NCBI GenBank assembly: GCA_907165135.1
Contig: OU015568.1
Coordinates: forward strand, 14,657,092-14,701,770
Length of the DNA: 44,679 bases
Source of the DNA: Oikopleura dioica
Lineage: Eukaryota; Animalia; Chordata
Reading direction: 5' to 3'
Made by a program: the position numbers and the translations under genes. Every line of letters starts with the position of its first letter. The stretch's first letter is position 1. Below the pieces are notes generated by a model. The model saw only the letters and a list, made by a program, of their open reading frames with translations. It was not told where the DNA came from and ran no database searches. Below are positions 1 through 10,294 of this stretch, piece after piece.

Positions 1-46
1 AAAAAAGGTACCAAAAAAACATCGTCGTGAGTAGTGAACCGTAAGC
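1..46 (+). other. Technical sequence: 3' end of the Oxford Nanopore DNA control strand (DCS, lambda spike-in)
   Basis: AAAAAAGGTACCAAAAAAACATCGTCGTGAGTAGTGAACCGTAAGC matches my recollection of the DCS terminus (A8-GGTACC-A8-CATCGTCGTGAGTAGTGAACCGTAAGC). The same sequence is in reverse complement at 44637-44679, next to an ONT adapter. Not database-checked. Confidence 0.85.
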
Positions 47-268
47 TTCGGACTTGTATGAACTTAAAAATGCACTAGAAAACACAAAAACCGATAAAAC
101 TCGGAAATGAACTTGAAATCTAAAAATCGGCCTCGATAAAACAAAAGATCTTTTAATGAGGATTCTTAAAAGGTATGAATCATACCGTATGATAGTACTA
201 GGCTAGTACCTATAGTTTTCCCGCAAAACGAAAAGCAAATCTGGCACATTAAATTGAAACCGGACCTA

Positions 269-724
269 GGGCCTTCCTTACTAAGGCCTTATTAACCTTA
301 GTAAGGATCCGATTAAGTGCGATTCGAAAAAATGTTCTTATTGATAAAAATAGCAATAATTTAAGTTTAATTGGTATTTTTGCTGTCAGTAAGTTGGCAA
401 GAGACATTTTTATCGAATTCCTTCACAACTCGTCCTTAATTCCCTTCCTTACTACGGCTTTTGTAAAGGTTTTTTTTTGATAAAAGCGTTCTCAAAATGC
501 GTAGGCCGTCGAAAAAATCCTTTTTAAAATCCTTAGTAAGGAAAGGAATTAAGGAAAAATCGCTAAGGATTGAAGATCCTTACTAAGGATCTCTGAAAAC
601 TAAGAAAGGAACTATGGTAAGGATTATTTTCCGCCGAAATCTGAAAAAGAGTAAGGAAAAAATCCTTACCTTACTAAGGAAAGGACCCTTAGTAAGCAAA
701 AAAATAAGGAAGGAAGTCCGACCC
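269..724. mobile_element. Putative MITE (456 bp) with imperfect TIRs built from the CCTTA(C/G)TAAGG palindrome
   Basis: Flanked by TA (267-268, 725-726), within CTAG on both sides (266-269, 724-727). Ends are GGGCCTTCCTTACTAAGG and, in reverse complement, GGGTCGGACTTCCTTCC...CTTACTAAGG. About six copies of CCTTA(C/G)TAAGG occur at ~276, 296, 531, 579, 669 and 687. Confidence 0.6.
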
Positions 725-1902
725 TAGCTACGGCTCGTTTGAAGCGAGAAAGGATTGGTAGAGCGAGAGGCAGAAAGAAAGGAATGTAAATGGCGAATTT
801 TTGATCTTCGGGGAAATAAAGAAGTTCGAGAAGGGAAGGGTCGAAAAACGCGCCTTCAGACATTCGAAAGGACTTTCGGGCAAGTGAAAGACGTTCATCG
901 AGTTCTCTTTCTGATTCGAGCGCTTGAAGCCCACAAGTGGCGGCTTCTTCGATGTTTTCTGACACTCTCGTGTTGATCACCATGTTCTGGATTGGAGATT
1001 AAATATGCAAAGTCAAGAAAACAAATAAAAAACATACCTTCACCTGCGAGACGAGTTTTGAAAGACTGTTCAGTGCCTTTCCAGACGACTTGATAAACTT
1101 TTCGATCATCAAGCCTTTTGATTCTTCCGTCACATCGCCGAAAATGATCTCTAGTTCTGAAACGACGTTTTCTAGCATTTGCTCGGTGTCCAGGACTTTT
1201 CCTTCAATATTCTGTTCATCGAGCGAGAGAAACTGGAAAATACCCCAGTCGGGTAAAATCGCGGAATTCTTCTTATCCTTTTGAATTATTTAAAATTGGT
1301 CTGAAGTGATGAGATTAAATACCTCTAAAACAATCCTCCGGTTTGTCACAAACACAACCGCCTGGACAAGTTTAGAATTTGGATTCTGGTTGCTCTGAAG
1401 TCGACCTTCTAAGTTGTTGATAACTGTCGACAGAACAGCCTTGGACCAAACAGTTCTCTGGTAAAAATACTTGGTCGGATGCAGCTTTCCAGGATGGTAA
1501 ATGACCTGCGTCGTCACAGAGAAATTTGCGAATGGCTTCATTTTGGCGCACCAGTCCTCGAGGATGTTTATGTGAGTCTCGATATTCCAATCGGCGTTAA
1601 CGTCGGGCAGAACAAGAGATAAGAGGATATCGTAGTTGTCCGATAGCGTCATCAGGCTATTTCAACCCGTTATAAAGAATAGACTCGTCGATAAGATACC
1701 TTTCCCGCTCTGGAATTCCAGAAGTTTGGTCATATAGCTGGTTAATTTTATCATAAGAAATTGGCTTTCGTTCGACACTTGTACTATTCCACCAAATAGG
1801 GACGCATATTAACGCAATCGCCATCCATATAAAACCGATTTTGTGAAGAAGACTTTTATCACCAAAGGACTTTTCTGGCTTGACCGATTTCTCATCTGCC
1901 AT
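666..1902 (-). CDS. PIGS: GPI transamidase component PIG-S (multi-exon, compact)
   Basis: N-terminal TM ICVPIWWNSTSVER; YDILLSLVLPD...WNIE...NFSVTTQVIY; C-terminal AFFDPSLLELLYFPEDQKFAIYIPFFLPLALPIL, the hallmark PIG-S motif. Three short GT-AG introns. The last ~20 codons run into the MITE. Confidence 0.92.
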
Positions 1903-1941
1903 TCTATAAATGATGATTTCGCTAACTTCTTTTCAGGATTT

Positions 1942-2789
1942 TTAAATTAATTGAGAACTTGAAGATCCTTCAATATTACTTTTCGCTTGTAGATTCTTCA
2001 TTTCTAGCTCTCTCTGCCACTTAGCGGCTTTGCTTTCGTAAAGAATATTATGATAATAGCCTTTTGATAGCGCCCACGTTAGTGTGAAGACCTAAAGAAA
2101 GTATTATTTTCGATGAATAGATTGGAAAAATACCAGCAAACTGCTCGAAATCGCGGTCATAAACCAACCATCCTTCGCCAGAGGAGACAAAAGAGCGCTC
2201 ATTGTTGCGGCTGACGTCGTACCAAAAGCTTTTTCGTGTTTAAAATATTACGAAGAATAAAAACAACGTAATTATCTTTTGAAACATGCCTTGAGCCAGT
2301 AAATCACCAGTAATTTCATTTGGAAATAATTCGACGTATTTGAAATATGCTATTTTGAAATCGAAATTATTCTGAAATCAAAGAAGAGTACAATTGATTC
2401 CGACCGTTTCCTAGTAAACCAAAGAGCGTCGCAACATATTGAGGAGCTCCTCGGTAGATCCAATACGATCTTCTTCTGTAGACAACAAGAAGAACGGGAA
2501 ATGCGAGGGTTAATGATCCTGTTACAAGAAGGCCTCTGTAGCTAACGTCCTAAAAGAAGTTTTGAAACTGAAAACTGCTGCGTTCAACCTTGAGTAAATC
2601 TGTGTAAGGATGTCTTGGGAATTGTGGATAAAGATAAGTTCCTGCAGCAAAAAGTCCTCCAAGCGCAGCTGATCCCGCAAGAAGGGTGTATTTTGAATAA
2701 AGAGGATATGGTTCTCGCACCAACCGAGTACCATCGACTCGGAGTTGGGGCAAACCCGATATTGATCGTCGAACAAGTTTTATGACCAT
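1942..2789 (-). CDS. Uncharacterised multi-pass membrane protein, weakly TMEM177-like, probably mitochondrial
   Basis: The spliced reading gives MVIKLVRRSISG...TLLAGSAALGGLFAAGTYLYP...FDFKIAYFKYVELF...FMTAISSSLLVFTLTWALSKGYY. It has an Arg-rich N-terminus and hydrophobic segments. Some exon joins and the stop position are uncertain. Confidence 0.55.
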
Positions 2790-2828
2790 TCTAAATCATG
2801 CAAATTCAGAAAAAGAAATTATTGACCT

Positions 2829-3439
2829 TTATTCATCATTCTTTTCAACAGGTCTATTATCGGCAATAAGAATAGGTTTTGAAATTTGACGAGGGCTACC
2901 CTTAATGACAGACTCAACGTCAAAAATATCCGCTTGGGCGTAGTAAATCTCTGGCCCGTCTTCAGTCATTTTCGTTTCCGCATAAATTTGGGCGACTTTT
3001 CTACCGGAAGAGCAGTCGTTGGGTCCTTTCACGTAAAACTGCGAGCGACAAAATTCAACACCATTTTCTAAATATACAAATTTTCGCCTTATTTCCGCAA
3101 TATAGTACCTTGATATTTGCTAAAAGGCGGATCAAAAGAGCGGCGCGGCTCTCGATTGTTCCTGTAATAGTCGACCAGCTCATTGATGTCGGAAAATGCT
3201 ATTTTTGGAGAGTCGAGTTTGATGTCCAAATCGTCGTTTAGAAATGCGATGTCTTTCATCACCTCGACTGCGGCTGATTGCCCGTAGTACTTGTCGTGCA
3301 AAATTGCTTTAGAAGCGTAATAAACTCCGACTCCGACGCCACCAAGAGCAATTATCGGAACAACACTTGATGCGAGGCTATCTGAGGATCTTCTGCATTG
3401 GTTTATCAAGGGTCGACAGATTCTACTTTGCCGGAGCAT
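2829..3439 (-). CDS. TIMM21: Mitochondrial import inner membrane translocase Tim21-like
   Basis: Presequence-like MLRQSRICR and a single TM. After one GT-AG intron: YQENGVEFCRSQFYVKGP...IYAETK...ILIADNR, matching the Tim21 C-terminal pattern (FYIEG...YAQVK...IIIEDNR). Confidence 0.72.
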
Positions 3440-3565
3440 TCTGTATTTATTCTGAAAGCCCTGATTTAAAAAAACGGTAGTGGAAATGAAGAATGAAGAA
3501 TTTCGCTGAAGTTGACAGAAAATATGAAGTGAAAGCAGAGTTATGCAGAATTTCAGATTGTAATC

Positions 3566-6500
3566 TCAGTTGACAATCTGAGAGATAAACGATTTTCCGG
3601 TGATCGTCTCGGTGCAACCCACAATGATTTCGCGTCCCAGCTGGTTGCTGAGGTGGCTGAGTGCAGCGACTAGAATTTTATGCGCATTACGAAACTAAGT
3701 GTTCAAACTTACTTTCGGAAGCAGTAATGCCACCAATCATGAACACAAAAATCGCTGTCGCCCTTTGATTCTCAGAAACTTCGACATCTTGTTGCTCCTC
3801 CCTGAAAAGATCGAATAATTACAGTAACTCAATAGCGAACATGCTCGGACGTGGCTATAGAAAACTATCTGCCCCTCGAGTATCATTGAAGTATAACTTT
3901 TGTCCCTCTTTTGTCATGCCAATTGAGCCACTTTTATTGATTTCTTTTGGCAAAAGAATGAGGAAGACGAAGCTGAAATCATGAGAAGCACCACGGGTAA
4001 CAGAACTTGGGGGATTATGCAAAGACATGTAGTATGGATATTGGCGATCGATGCTTAAGTCATTAGCCTCAATCACAAGATGTCAACCAGGGACGTAATG
4101 AGTTGTATATTTAAGGGATCCCCCCCCGATCCGAAAAATTTTCCCAAAAAGTATCGAGCGGTGCATATTTAGATTCCTCGTGATCTGAGCGTCATTTTTT
4201 AGCTTTATGTCAAGGCCCTCATATCACGTAATTTCTCGTGAGAGCGTGTTGAAGTTGCATTATAATCTATACTTAGCAAAAATTTTCGATTTTTTCAGAA
4301 TTTGAAGGTCTTCATAACGAGGCAAATAGGGGCTTATTTGAAAGCATATAACGCCCTCATCAAGAAATAAACAGTTTTCGAGAAAGAAATTCATCACTTG
4401 GCGGCGATAGAGAGCAAAAAGACTCCAAAAGATCGCTAAAATGACGGCTGAAAGTTTTATAATAAGAAAATTTTTTTCTACTTTCCCAAACTTGATGATC
4501 ATGCATGCAAATGTAGACAAGGGTTCAATCTTCCTAATCATGAAGAGATATTAGGAATCCATAAGCCCAATAAAAAGTAGATACAACTTGAAAATGACCG
4601 AAAATGGCCGTTTTTGGCAACCTAACTCACTTTGACGGCTTCTAATGCATAAGTGAATCTTATAACTAGGGGCTTATCATGCATGCATTTGCTCGTCAAA
4701 AAACGGGCTTCAATTTGAGCCCCTATACAGCCCCACACGGATGACGAGTAAAAAGTAGATAGGGGTCAAAGTTGGGAAAATTGGGGGGGGGATCCCTTAA
4801 GGCACTGTAGAAGTCCAAGCCAGAAAAATTCAAAGGGAACTTCAAAAAACAACCAATAAATTTAAATGATCTGTCAAGAGTTCGTTTTTATGGTAGAGCA
4901 TGGGATCAATAAACCGAGCTGTCATAAATCATCAACCCTTTATAGGCCCGGAAGTGACGCCTTTCGAATCCGAAATTATTCTTTGGCCCAATTAACTGAC
5001 CCATGAAGTTCGGGGATTTTCGTGTTTATCAAATTTGAGTGGTACCATTTTCAACGTAAATATCCCCTGGAAGTAGCACTAATCCACGGCTAGATAAACA
5101 GATCGCGATTGGGCTTGACAAAACGGTGACCTGGAAATATCAACAGTTGAGTCGTTTGAGACGGTTCTCTCTTTTGAACTTGAGTCGTGAAATTTCTTGC
5201 GACTTTTTCCGATTTCCGGTCGGTAGCAACGCTGGAAGTGTTTCAACTTGGCAAATTTCAATTTTATGCTTCCCGGAGCGAATAAAAGCCGCAATTTGTA
5301 GATATCAGATTAGGAAAATCCCAGCTCGAATAATCCCACAGAAACTGTAAACTGGATAGGAAGAAGTAGTCGGCTTATTCGTTGTAGTTTTTCAAAAAAT
5401 CATAAGAATGGGTCACCTGCATCCTGAGTATTCGGGGCGAATTTCCGTTTGGATTTATGAAGTGGCGGAACTAGAAGCTTTATTTGGACCTCTTGAGAGA
5501 TTAGCTATATTTAATCAGGCAATTTTTGAAATCACAGAGTGCTATTGTGCTGATTTTCTTGTTACTGTTAATTTTTAGACAAAGCGGTTCAACTTATGAA
5601 CTCATAAAAAATGTCAGGATTCAGCAAGAAAAAATTTAAAAAACGGAAACGACGCGAATGGTGGATTCTTCTGGCAAGAATCCGTATAAGAGTCACAATA
5701 TTTGGATAAAAACCTGTCTAAATGATGGGCTTACAGATACAAAAGGGTAAAATCGACTCCGAAAGAAGAAATAGAACATTCGCAGTAGGAGCCCGTACCA
5801 GAGGTGTAAAGCCAAAGCATGACCTTTTTGTAGCTAGTAGTGACCCAGTAATTAGTATCAGATCGCCAATTAGCTCACGCTGTGCCCTTCGTGGAGCGCG
5901 CGCTCGCACCAGCTGGATCATCGAGCGCCACCACGCGGGCGCTGTCGACAAAAAATATAAAACCAGCGCGAGGAAAGGGGCAAGAGACACGCATACTCAA
6001 AAACAGAAACTTTGAAAAAAGACACCATGGTTACCCAGACAAGAGCTCGACGAACTAGGCTGAACTCTGCGCCTGATAGACTAGAGATCAACAACGAAGA
6101 AAAGAGCAACGAAAAAATGCGAAAAAAGCGATTCATCGAGACCCGAATGAGTTCCTTTGGCAACATGCGCATCGTGGAGATTCCGGAAATCGACACTTCT
6201 GAGAAGTACTTTTGCAAGTCTTGCGACAAAAGCTTCTATCACAGAAGCGCACTCGAGGCTCATCAATTGATCCACTCGACTCTCGATCTGAGCACTTCAT
6301 CAGAAGACTCCAACCAAGGATCGCCAAAGAAATGCACAAGCTGCAAGAAAAAGTTCTCCTCCACCCTTCGACGAAAAATTCACGATATGAAATACCACAC
6401 AGACGCTGTTGGAACGAAACTCGAAATTCTAGCTGTTTTATAAATTATTCATCCCTTCAAATTTACAATTTGAGTTTTACAAGTTCAGTGGAAATATTTC

Positions 6501-9140
6501 TGTAAATAAAATTGATTCGTTTCCAAAAAATGCCTCTTTGATCGACGATTAATAAAAAGAAGCTTTCAAATTATAAAATTATTCGAAGCCAATTGAGCGC
6601 GAAATTCGAAATGCTTCGATTCGCGCGAAAAATTACTCGACTGTAACTGATATGCGAAATTTTCAGGTACAAAAACAGCATGTGTGAATTGTGATCGGCA
6701 ATTTTGTAAATAGGGGCCATGTGTCAAAATATCGATATTAGAAGACAAAAAACGGATCAGAAGGATTGGGATCAACGTCAACTGAAAAAATGGCGGTGCG
6801 CCAAGGGGCTAAGACGTATCGATTATTTTCGTCCTTTTCTATGAAAAATTTACGATTGGGAAAGCACCTGAATCAGGGATCTAAATTTTTTCGCGAAAAT
6901 CGCAATTTGCGAATATTTTGCGATTGCGATGCGAAATTTCGCAGAAAATTCGCAATCGCAAAAACTTCTCTGACCGAATCGCAATCGCATCGCAATCGCA
7001 GCTCAGTTTTCGTCAAGATTTCGCAAAATGCGATTTTTTTGCGAATTTTCGTCTTGTCAAATTACTCCCACGATGTTCTGACCTGAGTTCTGTTTAACTC
7101 AGAGCCTTTTTTTCTTCAAAAAATAGTCTTAAATCCTTTCAAAAGTGATTTTCTTCACTCAAATTTCGGAAATCGCGACAAAATCGCAATTCGCGAAAAA
7201 TTCGCAATTTGCGAAAAACATCGCAATCGCATCGCAATTTCCGTAATATTTTGCGTCGCAATCGCAATTGATTTTCGGCAAAAATTTAGATCCCTGACCT
7301 GAATGGGATCTTCGTCGACTTCAGGAGCTCGTCGATTCTTCGCCAGCTTCCTGCGCTTGATTCGAGGACGAGTCTTGAAACTAGCGGGGTCCATTTGTTG
7401 CCAAAAACGAAGCTTTGATTCGAAGGGTTGAAAAGGTCGTTATTTGTCTCGTTGAGTTTGAGTCCTTTGATGAAAATGTCGCGCCCGAGGCGTGCGTTCT
7501 TTTCGCTCTGAGCGTACAAAATTCCACACTAATAATCGAGGTGCCAAAAACTTGTTCTGATAACTCGTTAATCCGCGCTCCAGTACCGGAACGAATCTTG
7601 ACATGGATTTGGCACCAGTTCCTGGGCGGCCTTCATAAAACACAAAAGTCTATCGTGCCCGTAAATGTTCAATAAATCGCCGCGATAAGCGTCCAGAAAC
7701 TTTTGACTCAGTCCGTTATTTCTCCAACAAAGAAGAACGAGAATTTTCAACGCTTCTTCGAAAGGAACCTATGAATTTTGTTGAATCGAAAAAGCTAAAA
7801 GAAGATCACCTCAATTTCCCCAGAGCAGATGAGTTCCATGCTTTCTTCTGGCGAATTTGCAAGCGCTGCGTGCTCAAGCTCAACGGGTTGGGTGGATAGT
7901 TTGTCCAAGATGTCAGTTGCCAGGTCGCTGTGATTATTTAAGGTTTCGCGTTCTTTATTCAATTGAGGCATTCTAGCTACGAAGGCTTTGTATTCTTGGA
8001 TGGATTTTGCACTTTCCCTCAAAATGGAATATCAAACCGATTCTTTTATGTAGTACTTTTTGTTATTTGATTTTTGAAACTTAAAAGTATATACTTGAGA
8101 AGTATATTCCCGTGGCTTTCGTCGAACGAGCTTTTCAACGTTCTTAGTTTCTGTGAAATGATGCGTGCAGCGTGCTTCACATGGACATTGCGTATTTCAT
8201 TGAAGAACGGATCGTTTGTTAGGTGCACGGTTTTATCCGGCTTTTCCGCTTGTTTGACCGGAACTTTATTCCATTTCGCCTCGAGGAAGCGTTCGAGCAG
8301 AGCATTGTATGAAGTCGGGGTGAGCAATGGGCTCACTATATCTGTGCTTCGGTCGATCAAAAGCAGCGTGGCAAACTGGGGGGACGAGATTTTATCTTCT
8401 TGAGGAATGAGCTCCTTTCTCGAGCTCAAGAGAAGGTCAACAGTTGCGCAGGATGTTTTGCCACAAGCGAGTATTTTCGGAAAAACGCCAAAAGTAGCCT
8501 GAACAAGTTTGGAAAACATATTTGGGATTGCTCAAGAACCTGGAAAGTCATGAGAGACCGCGCAGTGGTCGAAGGCAAGCACTGGTCCCGGTCGATCAGT
8601 TTGCGATAAGAGTTCACAATGTTGAGCGTGATAAGACTCGTGTTGAGCATGAAGAGCTCGATAAAGCAGGGAATTACTGAAGCGATTTTTCCGGGCTTAT
8701 CTGTCTGATCGTTATAGCATCCCTTCCAGAAGGATTTACAAGTTGCGTAAAAAACAGATTGAAAAAAAGCATAAACTGTTGTATCCTGTCTTTTCCCTGA
8801 GTAACTTTTTGTTGATAACAGAGATCTTGGGGACAATTATCAAGTGATACTCTGTATTGGACTGGGCAGGAGTCACATTTGCAACGCGCTCGATTATCGA
8901 GACTGTATCTGAGCACAGGAATACTGCATATTTCGTCTGGAATCCCGCGAGTCGGCCGCTTTCCGGAAGAGCGACCATTTTTTCGACGCCGTATTCTTGG
9001 AGCAGTTTCACGTCGCTGAAGAGAGTGAATGGTGCGGTCAGGTTGGGATCCCAAATCAAGGAAATCGGCGAATCGAATTTTCGAAGGCATCGCAGAAGCT
9101 CCTTTCTGTTTAGTTCTTGAATATCCGAAAGATTGACCAT
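3566..9140 (-). CDS. VPS33A: Sec1/Munc18-family vacuolar sorting protein Vps33 (HOPS/CORVET); contains a 3497-bp intron (3802-7298)
   Basis: MVNLSDIQELNRKELLRCL...LIWDPNLT; LLLIDRSTDIVSPLLTPTSYNALL; WTPLVSRLV...WRRIDELL...PF spliced (CAG|GT at 7298, CAG| at 3802) in frame to REEQQ...IFVFMIGGITASEIAALSHLS...IIVGCTETITGKSFI*, the canonical Vps33 C-terminus. The A versus B paralog call is less certain. Confidence 0.9.
4115..4796. mobile_element. Non-autonomous TIR element (682 bp) with TTAA TSD, Kolobok-like termini
   Basis: TTAA(4111-14)|GGGATCCCCCCCC...GGGGGGGGGATCCC|TTAA(4797-4800), with an additional shared subterminal AATTTTCCCAA. TTAA TSD with purine-purine termini is typical of Kolobok; piggyBac starts CCY. 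Confidence 0.8.
6027..6443 (+). CDS. Small intronless C2H2 zinc-finger protein nested antisense in the VPS33 intron
   Basis: YFCKSCDKSFYHRSALEAHQLIH and KCTSCKKKFSSTLRRKIHDMKYH are two C2H2 fingers. ATG at 6027 in context GACACCATGG; GC-rich upstream region. Confidence 0.8.
   Translation: MVTQTRARRTRLNSAPDRLEINNEEKSNEKMRKKRFIETRMSSFGNMRIVEIPEIDTSEKYFCKSCDKSFYHRSALEAHQLIHSTLDLSTSSEDSNQGSPKKCTSCKKKFSSTLRRKIHDMKYHTDAVGTKLEILAVL
6874..7296. mobile_element. hAT-type MITE (423 bp) with perfect 17-bp TIRs and 8-bp TSD
   Basis: TIR CAGGGATCTAAATTTTT at 6874-6890 and its reverse complement ending at 7296. Identical flanks ACCTGAAT at 6866-6873 and 7297-7304. Interior rich in ATCGCA/TTGCGA subterminal repeats. 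An 8-bp TSD with CAGGG ends is typical of hAT elements. Confidence 0.92.
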
Positions 9141-9217
9141 CTTAATGACTTTATAAACACATCAATAACAGACCGAGAAGATAACTATAAGTGCAGTTTA
9201 GTAGCATGAAATTGCAG

Positions 9218-9919
9218 TCAAAGTATTCTTGAATGTTTAAGGCGCTCTTTACAGGTTAGTCTATGCTTTTTGATCATATACATTTTCGGTGCACTGAATC
9301 CACAATTAGAGCATTCAAAATCATTATCATCGTCATGGAGACACAACTTATGCTCTTTTAGGTTTTTCTCAAGCGTAAAAGATTTGGAACAAATATCGCA
9401 GATATATTTTCGAATATCAAAATGAGTGTTTAAATGATGAGCCAAGTTTGATTTGGTAGATCCTCGATAAAGACAGTAACTGCAGGAAAAGGCTCTATTC
9501 TCATGAATATTGATATGAGTTTCAAGGGCAGAATGAAACCGGAAAGATGCCTTGCAAGTTGGATAAGGACAGTTATTACTACCGTGTGCATCAGGCTTCT
9601 TTCCATGCCCATGGAAAGCAGCTTGATGCAGATTGAGATTCTTCTGAGAAAATGCAATGAATGAACAGTCAGGTTTACCGCATGGAATATCAACGTAATG
9701 GTGAATAGATTTAACATGGTTTACGAGGCACCCATTCGATACTTTGATCGTAAATTTACAGCCAGTCTCACTGCAGTGGATGAAAGTTTTATCTTTGCAT
9801 TCCCAGTGAAAATGGTCCCTGTTTTCGTAGAAAAAATCGAGATGCTCTTCTGGCAACCCAAAGTGTTTAGCGAGTTTTTTAAAATCATCGGGAACTTCTA
9901 CAACTTTTTCTTCGTTCAC
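9218..9919 (-). CDS. Multi-finger C2H2 zinc-finger protein (intronless, 233 aa)
   Basis: CSETGCKF...LVNHVKSIH; CGKPDCSF...HQAAFH; CPYPTCKASFRFHSALETHINIH; CSYCLY...HLNTH; CDICSKSF...HKLCLH. Confidence 0.88.
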   Translation of the reverse strand: MNEEKVVEVPDDFKKLAKHFGLPEEHLDFFYENRDHFHWECKDKTFIHCSETGCKFTIKVSNGCLVNHVKSIHHYVDIPCGKPDCSFIAFSQKNLNLHQAAFHGHGKKPDAHGSNNCPYPTCKASFRFHSALETHINIHENRAFSCSYCLYRGSTKSNLAHHLNTHFDIRKYICDICSKSFTLEKNLKEHKLCLHDDDNDFECSNCGFSAPKMYMIKKHRLTCKERLKHSRIL

Positions 9920-10294
9920 ACTATCTTTCGTTATATTCTTTCGCTTCTTGTCTGTTTTTGCCGGTTCTATGTCGACTTTCTTTCGTTCAGGAGGTTTCAG
10001 AATTTTAAAACTCAGCGAAACTGGATTTCTTTCAACTTAATTCAAGGGTAAAACATATTCATTCAAGAAAAGTCAACCTTTCAATTCCTTCTTTTTCAAA
10101 CTTTTATTCAGTTCTTCGAGAGATTCTAGCCTGCCTGATGTCTTTAGATATTTTTTTACGAATTTGATGTATCGATCATTTGTTTTTTCTTTTCCCATTT
10201 TCTGAATTGAAAAAGGTAACAAAATTTGTATGAGTGAAGATTTTAGGGAAGTGAGAAAGCTAGTAGCAGTGAAGCAAATATCAATAAGAGCAGT

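Noticed and set aside
3855-4076. 73-aa ORF near the end of the VPS33 long intron
   Set aside because: No recognisable motif, no splice context linking it to VPS33, and it is cut off upstream by the TTAA element.
4260-4541. 93-aa hydrophobic ORF
   Set aside because: It lies inside an AT-rich non-autonomous element, has no transposase motifs, and is probably chance.
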